Positions 8,748 through 17,966 of a stretch of DNA of 64,000 nt are shown piece after piece. The stretch lies in IMG/VR virus record IMGVR_UViG_3300014202_001519. One strand, 5' to 3'. This DNA is from a virus. Every line of letters starts with the position of its first letter. Position 1 is the first letter of the stretch. Both the position numbers and the translations under genes were made by a program. Below the pieces are notes generated by a model, which was not told where the DNA came from, did no database searches, and saw nothing but the letters and a program-made list of their open reading frames with translations.

Positions 8748-9438
8748 ACTTTTTGACTTTGATTGCATCGTTGGTGCCATAGCGTTCAATCTCAAAGGCC
8801 ACGCCGTTGACTCCCACCTTAGTCAAGGTGGTGCGACCGATACGAACGTTATCGTAACGATCCACAGTCAAGTTTGCAACCACAGAAGAAACGTGCGGTG
8901 GCTGGCCTGGATAGCCAGCGTTCTTCGGCACAACGCACACTTCACCGTTCGGTGTGCTGGTGCAAACAACCACTTCCACCTCGTCACCAGCCTTCAAATT
9001 AAGCTCACGGATAAGCTTATTCGGAACGCAGAGACGATCCGTGGTGTCAAACTTATACACCACGCTACCATCGGCAGCAATGTCCATGCCATCATCAATT
9101 GCCGTCATGCTAGACGTTGGCGTTGGCGCTGGCAATGCGGCGGTAGATGGTGGTGCCACTGGCTTACCGTCATAGGTAGTCGGGTCAGCAGATGGCGGGT
9201 AATAAAGGAAGGGTTGCGGGTTCACATTCTGCAAATTAGCCAGAACGCGGTTATAGCCGTGAATATCACCGCTATCCCACATCTTGTGAACTTCCTTTTT
9301 CACTTCAAAATGCTGCACACGATCCTTGGAACGCTTACGGACTTCTACCGTAACGTCCCAAGCCGTGAACATCCTGCCAGAACCGACAAATTCATTCACA
9401 GTGTCAACAATTTCGTTCAGATACATACACATAATCAT
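8740..9438 (-). CDS. protein with C-terminal AbrB/MraZ-like DNA-binding repeats
   Basis: DRLCVPNKLIRELNLKAGDEVEVVV and a second VDRYDNVRIGRTTL repeat after a Pro/Thr linker. Confidence 0.55.
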   Translation of the reverse strand: MIMCMYLNEIVDTVNEFVGSGRMFTAWDVTVEVRKRSKDRVQHFEVKKEVHKMWDSGDIHGYNRVLANLQNVNPQPFLYYPPSADPTTYDGKPVAPPSTAALPAPTPTSSMTAIDDGMDIAADGSVVYKFDTTDRLCVPNKLIRELNLKAGDEVEVVVCTSTPNGEVCVVPKNAGYPGQPPHVSSVVANLTVDRYDNVRIGRTTLTKVGVNGVAFEIERYGTNDAIKVKKYA

Positions 9439-9448
9439 TCTCCTGTTG

Positions 9449-9838
9449 TTAAAGGTTAAGCTTCCAGTCAATGTAGTTGTAAATCAAACTAACGGTAAAT
9501 AGTTCCTTAACGGCATCTACCGTTCGCTTTTCTTCGATGTTTTCAAATTCGTTGGTATAAGGCAATGCTTCTCGCAACTGCTTCATACCTACATCAGTGA
9601 TTTTACCATCCTGAATATATTCAGGATTTTCCCTGAACACCGTTTCAGGAAACAATTCGTCTCGCGGTATGTTGATATTAAATTCCCGCTCCAGGCGGAA
9701 AGTAATATCAAGGAAATCAATCGACTCAGCACCTAGATCATTTATAAGATGTGAAGTCTCTTTGACTTCATCATCATCCAGGCCCAAAGCCTGAGCAATC
9801 ACGCCATTCACTTTTACATTAATTTCCTGCTGATTCAT
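9449..9838 (-). CDS. acyl carrier protein (long type)
   Basis: DLGAESIDFLDITFRLEREF with the phosphopantetheine Ser; C-terminal LFTV. Confidence 0.9.
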   Translation of the reverse strand: MNQQEINVKVNGVIAQALGLDDDEVKETSHLINDLGAESIDFLDITFRLEREFNINIPRDELFPETVFRENPEYIQDGKITDVGMKQLREALPYTNEFENIEEKRTVDAVKELFTVSLIYNYIDWKLNL

Positions 9839-9848
9839 TACTAACTCC

Positions 9849-10970
9849 CTATTCTTCATCCCTGAGTCTCATAAAATACGGAAAACGCGGCTTACCATCA
9901 GGCGTATAGTTAAAGAATTTGATTGTCCCAACCTTTCCAATATAATCGTCCTTTTTCAAGAGCAGTTCCTTACAGAACTCACGGGTGCCCTTGATATTGG
10001 AATCAAACGTGGTCTTGCCGTCAAGGAACGCCGTGCCGTCCAGCTTCTTACAGACGACGTTGCCAGCACCGCCACTGCGGTTGCCAACACCTTCATTAAC
10101 CCCTACGATGAGGTATTCAGCATCCATGAACTCTTTATACTTGAGCAAATTCTTAGTTCGCTTTTGCTCATACTTGGAATCAATACGAACCATCAGCCCT
10201 TCATAGCCATCTTCTACGAAACTTTCGTAGTGGACAACCACTTCCTTTTCTTCCTTGACTTCATGTGTAGCAACGAGTTGTAGTGCAGGATGGCCCTTGG
10301 CAAAATGGAGAACCTTTTTCAATTCTCCAAAGCGTTCGCTGAATTTGCCGTCCCAAAACGGGAAGTCGTAAATATGATATTCGATGGATTTCGCCGCTTC
10401 AAGTAAATCTTCCTTCGTTGGTTTGCTTTTCTTTGCCAGCGAACAGATTTTATTGAAATCGTTGGCGAACTTATCCGCATACACTTCACCGTCGAAAATG
10501 TACTTCGGATTGTATTTGAACAGCGGGGCCAATGCCTCATAAATATGAGGAATTGACTTATATTCCTTGCCGTTGCGAGTCCACAACCCATCTTTATTAG
10601 CAATGAGCCTCAACCCGTCCAACTTCGGCTGGACGAAGAGTGGATACATTACCTCGTCCTTATAATCTTGCCAAACTTTAGCAAGCATGGGTTCGAAGAA
10701 AGAAGCATTATCAACATCGTTGATATCTGCTTTATAGCCCTTATCCACCTTCTTCTGCCATTCGGCCTTAGCTTCAGCCATCGCTTGTTGGGCAGCGCTA
10801 GTTTCATTCGCTCGCCCAATGTTCTTTCCACCGCAGACCGTCCATTCGGCAGTAACGATTTCGCCGTTCATAATGCCAGATAGGGACCGATGCTTATTGC
10901 CATCGACTTCTTTTTCCCAAATTTGAATTTTGCCGTCTGAACGCCGCGAATATAAAGGCGGAAGCTTCAT
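9849..10970 (-). CDS. ATP-dependent DNA ligase
   Basis: EPMLA, QPKLDGLR (motif I), DGEVY, EGYEGLMVR, LLKYK and PRFP; OB domain present. Confidence 0.93.
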   Translation of the reverse strand: MKLPPLYSRRSDGKIQIWEKEVDGNKHRSLSGIMNGEIVTAEWTVCGGKNIGRANETSAAQQAMAEAKAEWQKKVDKGYKADINDVDNASFFEPMLAKVWQDYKDEVMYPLFVQPKLDGLRLIANKDGLWTRNGKEYKSIPHIYEALAPLFKYNPKYIFDGEVYADKFANDFNKICSLAKKSKPTKEDLLEAAKSIEYHIYDFPFWDGKFSERFGELKKVLHFAKGHPALQLVATHEVKEEKEVVVHYESFVEDGYEGLMVRIDSKYEQKRTKNLLKYKEFMDAEYLIVGVNEGVGNRSGGAGNVVCKKLDGTAFLDGKTTFDSNIKGTREFCKELLLKKDDYIGKVGTIKFFNYTPDGKPRFPYFMRLRDEE

Positions 10971-10978
10971 TTTAACTC

Positions 10979-11545
10979 CTAAAAAAACAATTCGTTATAT
11001 ACTACCTTATCGAGTTTCAAGAGGTTCAGGATCAGCTTATCCAAAGTTGTAATATTATTATAACTGTAGCCAATAGGCAGTGACTCTAGTACAATAATCG
11101 GCCTTCCTGTTTCAAGGAAAGCAACATTTGGAGCCTCGACAAATACCTGATATTCCCCTTCCTTCTCTTTACGATCAACTCTAGTGCTTGTCGTTATGCC
11201 AATTTTCTTTTGTATTTCTAGTTTACTATCCCTTACATACAAAAGACCTTTTCGATCATCCTTGCTGATGTAGACCTTTGCCCTTTTGGTGGCCTCTTTC
11301 AATGCCGTCATAACAATGATGGCTAATAATTGGTTTCTAGGATAATGAACCTGATTAGCCTTATTGACGTTATCTTGCACAGTTGCACTTTGCTGTGGAA
11401 GATTGTTCAAATCATTGTTAAACTCAGCATACAATTTGGCCACTTTCATTTGCCAAGACCCAATAATCTTGGCCATTTTAATTTTAACATATCCTTCAAT
11501 CAATTCTTCGTTCAACATATTAGTCTTCAAACTCTCCCAAACCAC
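10979..11545 (-). CDS. hypothetical protein
   Basis: 188-aa ORF. Confidence 0.5.
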   Translation of the reverse strand: MVWESLKTNMLNEELIEGYVKIKMAKIIGSWQMKVAKLYAEFNNDLNNLPQQSATVQDNVNKANQVHYPRNQLLAIIVMTALKEATKRAKVYISKDDRKGLLYVRDSKLEIQKKIGITTSTRVDRKEKEGEYQVFVEAPNVAFLETGRPIIVLESLPIGYSYNNITTLDKLILNLLKLDKVVYNELFF

Positions 11546-11957
11546 CGTTCATCTGAATAAACGCACAATTCAGAGGGACGACATGCTCCTGTGCTACAAG
11601 CATAGCCTTAACGACTGCCACAGGCAATGATAGCTCCGCAATTAAATTTGCAGAACCAATGACTTCCCTCTCAGCCTGGAGCCAAAATTCAACACCATCG
11701 CTAACAGGCCGACCAGCTTGCTCCCACTTGGAATAAGCTAATTCACTAATCCTTGCCGTACTAGCATCAATGGTTTCGCTTTTTATCTTAACCAAAATCT
11801 CTTCGGTTAAGTCTTCTGGCTTAATAGTTGCCAGTAGGTTGTTCCACCGCTTTGCAAAAGTCTTTAGCTCATCCGAGCCTTGGACCTTATCAAGCTCGGC
11901 CTTGTATGTGGTCCAAATGGAGTCATCTTCAATATGAAGATAAATCGGCAACTTCAT
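11520..11957 (-). CDS. DUF2934-domain protein
   Basis: ISELAYSKWEQAGRPVSDGVEFWLQAEREV. Confidence 0.7.
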   Translation of the reverse strand: MKLPIYLHIEDDSIWTTYKAELDKVQGSDELKTFAKRWNNLLATIKPEDLTEEILVKIKSETIDASTARISELAYSKWEQAGRPVSDGVEFWLQAEREVIGSANLIAELSLPVAVVKAMLVAQEHVVPLNCAFIQMNGGLGEFED

Positions 11958-11966
11958 CGCTGACCC

Positions 11967-12134
11967 TCAAAGATCAAAACTGGAGGCTTTAAGTCGCTCC
12001 AGAATTTGTTCCGCCTCTTCTTCACCCATGATACCAATAAGATTCATAAGAACGTCATCGGCATCCCCGCTACTCTTGCCTTCTTTGAAGAGGTTCTTAT
12101 ACTCTTCAAAGAAGGCAATTAGTTTTTCTTTCAT
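11967..12134 (-). CDS. hypothetical protein
   Basis: ATGA overlap with the PARP stop; MKEKLIAFF. Confidence 0.5.
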   Translation of the reverse strand: MKEKLIAFFEEYKNLFKEGKSSGDADDVLMNLIGIMGEEEAEQILERLKASSFDL

Positions 12135-13741
12135 GCTGCAAACTCCACCAAGTAACGCAACTGGTTTTGCTTGCCGTCGTAGATGATCCACTCATTGTTG
12201 ACCACGCCAGACTTGCCCGCCTTGCCGTAGACACAATGATGACCCTTCGGTGCCGACGTATAACCGCCGCACCCTGGAGCAACCCAAGGATTGCCCAAGA
12301 CAACATCGCACGCGAACATGAAAGCATCACGGCCACGAACCCCACCGTCACCAGCGGAGTAATAACCGCCGCGAAGACTGGTATAACCAGCCGACTTGCG
12401 CCAATCATCAGCGAAGTAACAGCCAGGGCCGAACATAGCGCCTGTAATCACTACGCCGACTAGCTGCTTGGGCAAACGAAGCCCTTCTCGCAAGATACCA
12501 GTAACATTAACGCTACGAGTACCGTGGAAAAGCAGAGCCGTATTCGTATCATGATAACGCTTAATCAAATCATTATCTTCAACATCCTGCCGTTCCTTTG
12601 GCTGGAATGGCGCACGTTCAGTAATACGGCATTTCTCTTTGAGAACCATATCCTGAGCGCCACTGACCTTATTTTGGTCCCCGTGGCGAGCGACCTTCCA
12701 CATGTTCTTAATCTTCATTTCGCCAACGCCATAATGACGATTGGCGGAAGCCTTTGGCCACCAATTGTATAGGAACTTACCAGTGGCCGAAGTTGGGTCG
12801 ATCCATTCCATTGCCAAAGGCATACCCTGGAATGGATCATTAACTTTATCATCCTTGACAGTATCATCATGCACATAAAGAGCCGCCTCGAACGCATCCA
12901 AGTCAGCGTTCCATAGCATGATGTTATTCTTGTTCAGAATCCAATCTTCGGCAGCACAGTGTAGAGCCTTCTTCTTTGGAATACGCGAATACATAACTCG
13001 CGTAAGCTGAACAAGCTCATTATCAGCAGCTTGCTTATCAACGCTGTCACCAACCTTAATAAGACGCTTCTGTGCTTCTTGAAGGATTTGACGACCTTCT
13101 TCGATTGACTTTTGGGTAGGCAACGAAGAGTCAGCCATCGCACCACGGGCATAAGACACCGTAGCGACGTTCAAATCCTTCATGAGACGCATGGTATGCG
13201 TATCAATAGAAGGCTTCCTGACAATGACTGATGGTGCGTCACCTTTAACTGCTGGTGCAGCGGGAGCCTTAGTGACCTTGGCCCCTTCATTCAACTTAAT
13301 CGTTTTGCCATCGGGCAGGCCAGTTGAACGGGTAGCCATAGGACGGACCAAATAACAATCCTTATTTGGCTTTGCGGTCAAAGTCTTAATGCCAGCGATG
13401 GTGGTCCACATGCCACGCTTATCGTTCTTGTCATGCAGTTGGTCAGCAAACTCCTGTTGAGCATCGCTTTCACCACTGCATTCTACGAATTGGAATTGGG
13501 GTGAAGTGGCACCAGTACGGCCCCACTCAAAATATGTATACCACTTCTTAGTCTTCCTATGCTGGACCACAGCGCCGTGGTAATATTTATTGCTGTCTTT
13601 ACCCGACTGATCGAAACAGCCAAGGTCAGCAATCTTACACTTATCAAACTGACCGTCTTCGGTAGCTGGCGGTCCAAAACACTGAAAATCGTCAGGACCA
13701 GAACCAGTTGGAAATTCGCTCTTACCTAGTTTAACGCCCAT
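12131..13741 (-). CDS. WGR-domain poly(ADP-ribose) polymerase (PARP)-like protein
   Basis: WGR (YFEWGRTG), helical regulatory region (YSRIP) and catalytic LLFHGT, GAMFGPGCYFAD, SAGY and NNEWIIY (H-Y-E triad). Confidence 0.9.
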   Translation of the reverse strand: MGVKLGKSEFPTGSGPDDFQCFGPPATEDGQFDKCKIADLGCFDQSGKDSNKYYHGAVVQHRKTKKWYTYFEWGRTGATSPQFQFVECSGESDAQQEFADQLHDKNDKRGMWTTIAGIKTLTAKPNKDCYLVRPMATRSTGLPDGKTIKLNEGAKVTKAPAAPAVKGDAPSVIVRKPSIDTHTMRLMKDLNVATVSYARGAMADSSLPTQKSIEEGRQILQEAQKRLIKVGDSVDKQAADNELVQLTRVMYSRIPKKKALHCAAEDWILNKNNIMLWNADLDAFEAALYVHDDTVKDDKVNDPFQGMPLAMEWIDPTSATGKFLYNWWPKASANRHYGVGEMKIKNMWKVARHGDQNKVSGAQDMVLKEKCRITERAPFQPKERQDVEDNDLIKRYHDTNTALLFHGTRSVNVTGILREGLRLPKQLVGVVITGAMFGPGCYFADDWRKSAGYTSLRGGYYSAGDGGVRGRDAFMFACDVVLGNPWVAPGCGGYTSAPKGHHCVYGKAGKSGVVNNEWIIYDGKQNQLRYLVEFAA

Positions 13742-13798
13742 AGTTTATTCTCGTTTCTGTTGTCAAAAGGTTGTTATTTGTTTAATCGTACATTTTGG

Positions 13799-15304
13799 TC
13801 ATACACTTAAATTAATTCTGGAATTTTGTCCTTCATTAATAATGTCCATTGCCTTGTCCTTATGGATGTGGCCCATTATCAATTCACAAGCTTCCGTAAT
13901 GCGATGCCAGGGAAGCGTTGCAATGACAAATCCTCTCTCATCCACGAAGCCAATGCTATCCTTACCATGCAAACCGCCACGTTGACGTACTGGCCTACCG
14001 TGCTTGTCTCTAACCTCAACAAAGATCGGCCTGCCTTCATTCAGGCACTGCCAGAAGATTGTATCAATGAAGAACCGAACAAAATACCGACTTCTGATAT
14101 AATCAGACATCGGTGTTAGAAATTGATACATTTCCGTCAAGAACGGCGCACTGGCATCATTAACGGTACTTGTGTATTGATACTCCTCAATCTCATACAA
14201 GAAAGGCTTGTAGTTAGTCACAATCTCAATGAGTTGTGGCGCACCAATCGTCAGGAAGTCAACCGCCCGCGCATCAACATAGTGACTCAATTCTGTTAAA
14301 AGAAGAGACAACGTATGAGCAGCATAGTGGTTAAAATCCGCTTCATCCCTTAGTTTCTGAGGGACTTCCTTTATCTTGTAATCACCCCAAATTGTGTCTC
14401 TGGACCGTTTGTTTCTTGCAATCAAACTGGTTATGATGAAGACAAGGCTGATATCTCTTTTGTCCTTCAACTCAGCTTCATCATAGCATTGCTGCCCGCT
14501 CACAGCCTTGTCAGCTAGTGCGGTGACATAGCCATAAACGTCCTTGAATTTTTCATAGTTCATTCTATCGCCCGTGAACATTTGTGTTAGTTCAGGACGA
14601 GTGAATGAAGCATAGAAATCAATGCAAGGCTTGATTGTGCTTTCTCGCTTGCCAAGTACATTAATCATGAAGAGGGCTTTAGTGTTATGTGAACTATTAG
14701 CCGCTGGTGCGAGTGGCACCATCTTCACAATATCAAGGCATGTTTTAGAAAGAGGACCAGTGAAATCCAGGCTCACAACATCATAGATGTTATTATCATG
14801 GGGAAGCATGTTCTCTAAGCGGCCAAGCTTAGCGTTAATTCCATACCGATAAGCATTATCGTGAAATTCGCTTTTGGCTGCTTCATCACCACCTTCATAG
14901 CCCACGATGTTTTGTGGCTTGAAACCTAGTTCAAGGTACATTGGGATTTCTAAGCACTTCTTGCCTGGGAGACAAAGGACTTTCATCCTTTCTCGTTCAG
15001 AGGGCAGCGTGTGCTTATTAACGAAGTCTTTCCACTTTTGTCGCCAAAGCTGCTTTGTTGGGTTATCATAATTGGCATGACAACCTTCTACAGTGTCTTC
15101 AACAGCAAGTTCTACTGGCCTTGAAACTAGCTGGGTCTTATTAGCTCTGATCTTAGTCCAAGCCGTAACCGCAGCAATTGTGGGCAGACTTACGCCAAAC
15201 TGATCCGCACAGGTTTTACGACGTTCTTTCTTCTCATCTTCATTCGCCGCTTCTTCAACGTAAGCACGAATAAATTCCTTGTCGCTCTCAGTTAGTTCTG
15301 CCAT
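13799..15304 (-). CDS. hypothetical protein with a possible N-terminal HTH and a class I methyltransferase-like fold
   Basis: CADQFGVSLPTIAAV, VLCLPGK, IVGYEG and YDVVSLDFTG. Confidence 0.45.
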   Translation of the reverse strand: MAELTESDKEFIRAYVEEAANEDEKKERRKTCADQFGVSLPTIAAVTAWTKIRANKTQLVSRPVELAVEDTVEGCHANYDNPTKQLWRQKWKDFVNKHTLPSERERMKVLCLPGKKCLEIPMYLELGFKPQNIVGYEGGDEAAKSEFHDNAYRYGINAKLGRLENMLPHDNNIYDVVSLDFTGPLSKTCLDIVKMVPLAPAANSSHNTKALFMINVLGKRESTIKPCIDFYASFTRPELTQMFTGDRMNYEKFKDVYGYVTALADKAVSGQQCYDEAELKDKRDISLVFIITSLIARNKRSRDTIWGDYKIKEVPQKLRDEADFNHYAAHTLSLLLTELSHYVDARAVDFLTIGAPQLIEIVTNYKPFLYEIEEYQYTSTVNDASAPFLTEMYQFLTPMSDYIRSRYFVRFFIDTIFWQCLNEGRPIFVEVRDKHGRPVRQRGGLHGKDSIGFVDERGFVIATLPWHRITEACELIMGHIHKDKAMDIINEGQNSRINLSV

Positions 15305-15370
15305 CAGTAGAGTTCCAAGGGTAAAATTGATGTGACACTCTACTATACCACGATTTTCGACTTTGGAAAA

Positions 15371-16168
15371 TCACTTGTAGTTGGCAGGCCGTTCAATTGT
15401 CCAATTAGAAGGCAAGAACTGCGGGTTCATCTTATCAACAAAATGCTTACGCCAATCTTGTATAAAAATCTCTATATCTGTAACTTTTGCCATGACGATC
15501 TTGCCGTGATGGACATAATCACCAAAGTCATAAGGGTCTTTGTTTACCAATTCCTGTAAATCAGCGTCAGACACTTCTCTTTTTAGGTAAGTCTTAATAC
15601 GCCCAAGCAATTCTTCCTGTCGAGCAAGTGGCACCCTATCTCGGTTTATAAGAAGTACAGCCGCCGCCCCTCTCGCCTTTGCCAAATCTTTATTATATTT
15701 GACTCCCATCCCGCCTAAAGGAGCTTCATATTTAACCTCTAAAGCCTTCTTAATCTCTAAAGCATGTTCTTCATATGAACGGTGGCATGGAATGCATAAT
15801 GCCATAACATCGTAACTGCGATGGTTCTTTAGGTGTAATGGAAAGAATTTGCGATAGCAATAAGGAACAATATGATGACGTGTTAAAGACTCTTCGCTTC
15901 CGCACACGACACAACGGTTCTCCATTTTTTGTAAGAAATAAGGATCATTAACGTGCCCAACACCTTTAGGAACAAAGGTAAGCTGGACTGTAAGCGGCTC
16001 ATCGACAACCTTAGTCCCTAGTTTTTTGTCTAAATACCAGACAGCTTTTTTTCGACAACATCGAAACATTAACTGTCCTTCGGGACTCAGTACCTCGCAG
16101 TTTTCATACTGTGGTCTTTTGAGGGTGTAATGGTATCCAATTTTTCTATTTTTTTGTATTTTATCCAT
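15371..16168 (-). CDS. HNH-like protein resembling the C-terminal domain of EXD2
   Basis: YENCEVLSPEG...KKAVWYLDKKLG, NRCVVCG, HHIVPYCYRKFFP, DVMALCIPCH and WRKHFVDKMNPQFLPSNW. Confidence 0.8.
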   Translation of the reverse strand: MDKIQKNRKIGYHYTLKRPQYENCEVLSPEGQLMFRCCRKKAVWYLDKKLGTKVVDEPLTVQLTFVPKGVGHVNDPYFLQKMENRCVVCGSEESLTRHHIVPYCYRKFFPLHLKNHRSYDVMALCIPCHRSYEEHALEIKKALEVKYEAPLGGMGVKYNKDLAKARGAAAVLLINRDRVPLARQEELLGRIKTYLKREVSDADLQELVNKDPYDFGDYVHHGKIVMAKVTDIEIFIQDWRKHFVDKMNPQFLPSNWTIERPANYK

Positions 16169-16184
16169 TCATATTCCATTAACA

Positions 16185-16230
16185 GAATGCCCCCACTTTA
16201 CTTTGGGAGTCAAAGTAAAGTGGGGCATTC
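16185..16230 (-). terminator. long hairpin, probable terminator
   Basis: near-perfect ~20-bp inverted repeat gaatgcccc..actttactttg / caaagtaaagtggggcattc between genes. Confidence 0.65.
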
Positions 16231-16244
16231 TTATTGATTAAGTT

Positions 16245-16460
16245 TCAATAATGACAAGGCACGCTTCTAATAGCGTTAATTACTTCTTCATCCATTACTT
16301 CATCGGCACTACCAACGAAGCTTGTGTCGCGTTGATTCATGACAATTGCTTCACCCTTCTCCGCGTTACCGCGAAGAGAAGCAATGAGCTTCTTTCTTTC
16401 AACATCATTCAAAGGTTTGAACTTCACCATTGCAGACTCCTTTTTTCCACACAGGACCAC
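16245..16460 (-). CDS. hypothetical protein
   Basis: small ORF. Confidence 0.4.
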   Translation of the reverse strand: MVLCGKKESAMVKFKPLNDVERKKLIASLRGNAEKGEAIVMNQRDTSFVGSADEVMDEEVINAIRSVPCHY

Positions 16461-16791
16461 AATCTGGCAGATTATTCACTGCCCTACAAAACAGATAAGT
16501 GTGGGCTAAAACACAAGGTTCAGCTAACAGTATAATTTCTCGCCTATATAGGCTAATGCCTACGCCTTCAAAGTCGTCTAATTCAACAAACAACTTCTTC
16601 TTTATATTCCATAACTCACCTTCAATGGCAAGCCCTCTCGTTTCTTTGACTAATGCTGGAAAGTTACCACACCCATACATTCTATAGAATGGATGCGTCT
16701 TAGCCTTGCAAACGAACAGGCCACCTTGAAGTAAGTTATTGTTACAGAAACCAGATTTAAGGCTTCCGTAGACGAACAAGAAGTCGTCCAT
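16405..16791 (-). CDS. gamma-glutamylcyclotransferase (AIG2-like)
   Basis: LFVYGSLKSGFCN, FPALV, GELW and LDDFEG. Confidence 0.88.
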   Translation of the reverse strand: MDDFLFVYGSLKSGFCNNNLLQGGLFVCKAKTHPFYRMYGCGNFPALVKETRGLAIEGELWNIKKKLFVELDDFEGVGISLYRREIILLAEPCVLAHTYLFCRAVNNLPDCGPVWKKGVCNGEVQTFE

Positions 16792-16816
16792 TACTATACC
16801 TCAAATTCGTTGTGTG

Positions 16817-17557
16817 TCAAGAATCCACGTCAGGGATTTTTTTCTGAAAATCAATATGTCCCAATTCCTTGAGACAAATAAATTCTGTCTTCTTATTCGT
16901 AGTGGGATGCTCAATCCACTTCTTCCAATCCACATGCCAATGCCCAAAAATCCACCTTACAGGCTGGTGGATTTGGTACATATTTTCCAACATCTGCTCG
17001 GTACGATTTCGATAAATCTTATCACCAAACATCCTGTTGAACGGAATGGCCTTGATAATTGACTCTGGAACCGTATGCGTCACCACGAAATCAGGCTTTA
17101 ACTTTTCATAAAGCCCAATCGCATTTACGCACTGTTGGTATGTAAGTTCCTCATCCTCCCACCACGAAACATTCCTAATACGCCAATCCTGGTCAATGCT
17201 CCATGCCCCACGGGTATAGAATATAGAGCCAAATTCAGGAACTTCCCATACGCCATAGTCCTTCAAGAAATGGCGGCTTAGATGCGAGAACGTATATCCC
17301 CGCGTCTCACAGACGGAACAGTTATCCTTATCCGCACCCTTACAAGCATGGCAAGGCTCAGTGGTATAATTATCGTGATTGCCACCAATGAACTTGCCAA
17401 ATTCAGGGTCTAGGAACCGCTGGAAATAGGAATATTCAAAACCCACGTCACCTACGCAAAGGGAGTAGACGGATTCCTTAGCCAGATGTAGGTATGTGTC
17501 ATATTTGCCGTGGCAGTCTCCGATAACTCGGAGATGTGCTACTTTTTCTTTACTCAT
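16817..17557 (-). CDS. calcineurin-like metallophosphoesterase
   Basis: GDCHG, GDVG, GGNHDN, VTHT and FGHWH. Confidence 0.9.
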   Translation of the reverse strand: MSKEKVAHLRVIGDCHGKYDTYLHLAKESVYSLCVGDVGFEYSYFQRFLDPEFGKFIGGNHDNYTTEPCHACKGADKDNCSVCETRGYTFSHLSRHFLKDYGVWEVPEFGSIFYTRGAWSIDQDWRIRNVSWWEDEELTYQQCVNAIGLYEKLKPDFVVTHTVPESIIKAIPFNRMFGDKIYRNRTEQMLENMYQIHQPVRWIFGHWHVDWKKWIEHPTTNKKTEFICLKELGHIDFQKKIPDVDS

Positions 17558-17966
17558 TTTCCTTCTCCGTAATCCGTTTTATTAGTTCCACGCACTGTTC
17601 CTTGGAGAACATAGCTATATGAGCGTCTTTAGGTGATAATTCCATTATCTCTTGCAGAAACTTATAAGCCTGATTCCTATGTAGATTTTTCTTCTTCCAA
17701 TAAGAATCGAACTTTTCATGGGCTTCAATCCTTGCGATTTTAGTTTCTTTGTTAGCTGGAACCCCTAATGGATTGCCCTCAGGATCGGCACCGTGGGCAG
17801 CTTCACATAAAGGGTAGCGGGAACACCCATAAAACTTACGCGGACTACCATTTCGGTATGTAAACCTAGTGGTAGTCCGCAGCACCATGTATGCCCCGCA
17901 TTCAGGACAAGTTAAATTATGCAGCTTTCGTCTCCCCGACCAAAGGAATAAGTGATTTCTCTCCAC
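17550..17966 (-). CDS. topoisomerase-type zinc ribbon / DUF3268-like protein
   Basis: [24 protein letters not shown]...PLG.PA and RNQAYKFL. Confidence 0.75.
   Translation of the reverse strand: MERNHLFLWSGRRKLHNLTCPECGAYMVLRTTTRFTYRNGSPRKFYGCSRYPLCEAAHGADPEGNPLGVPANKETKIARIEAHEKFDSYWKKKNLHRNQAYKFLQEIMELSPKDAHIAMFSKEQCVELIKRITEKENE

Noticed and set aside
8722-9459. Long antisense ORFs (also 21543..22010, 22137..22613, 52686..53255, 44142..44654)
   Set aside because: They are shadow frames opposite well-supported genes or tRNA and have no recognisable motifs.
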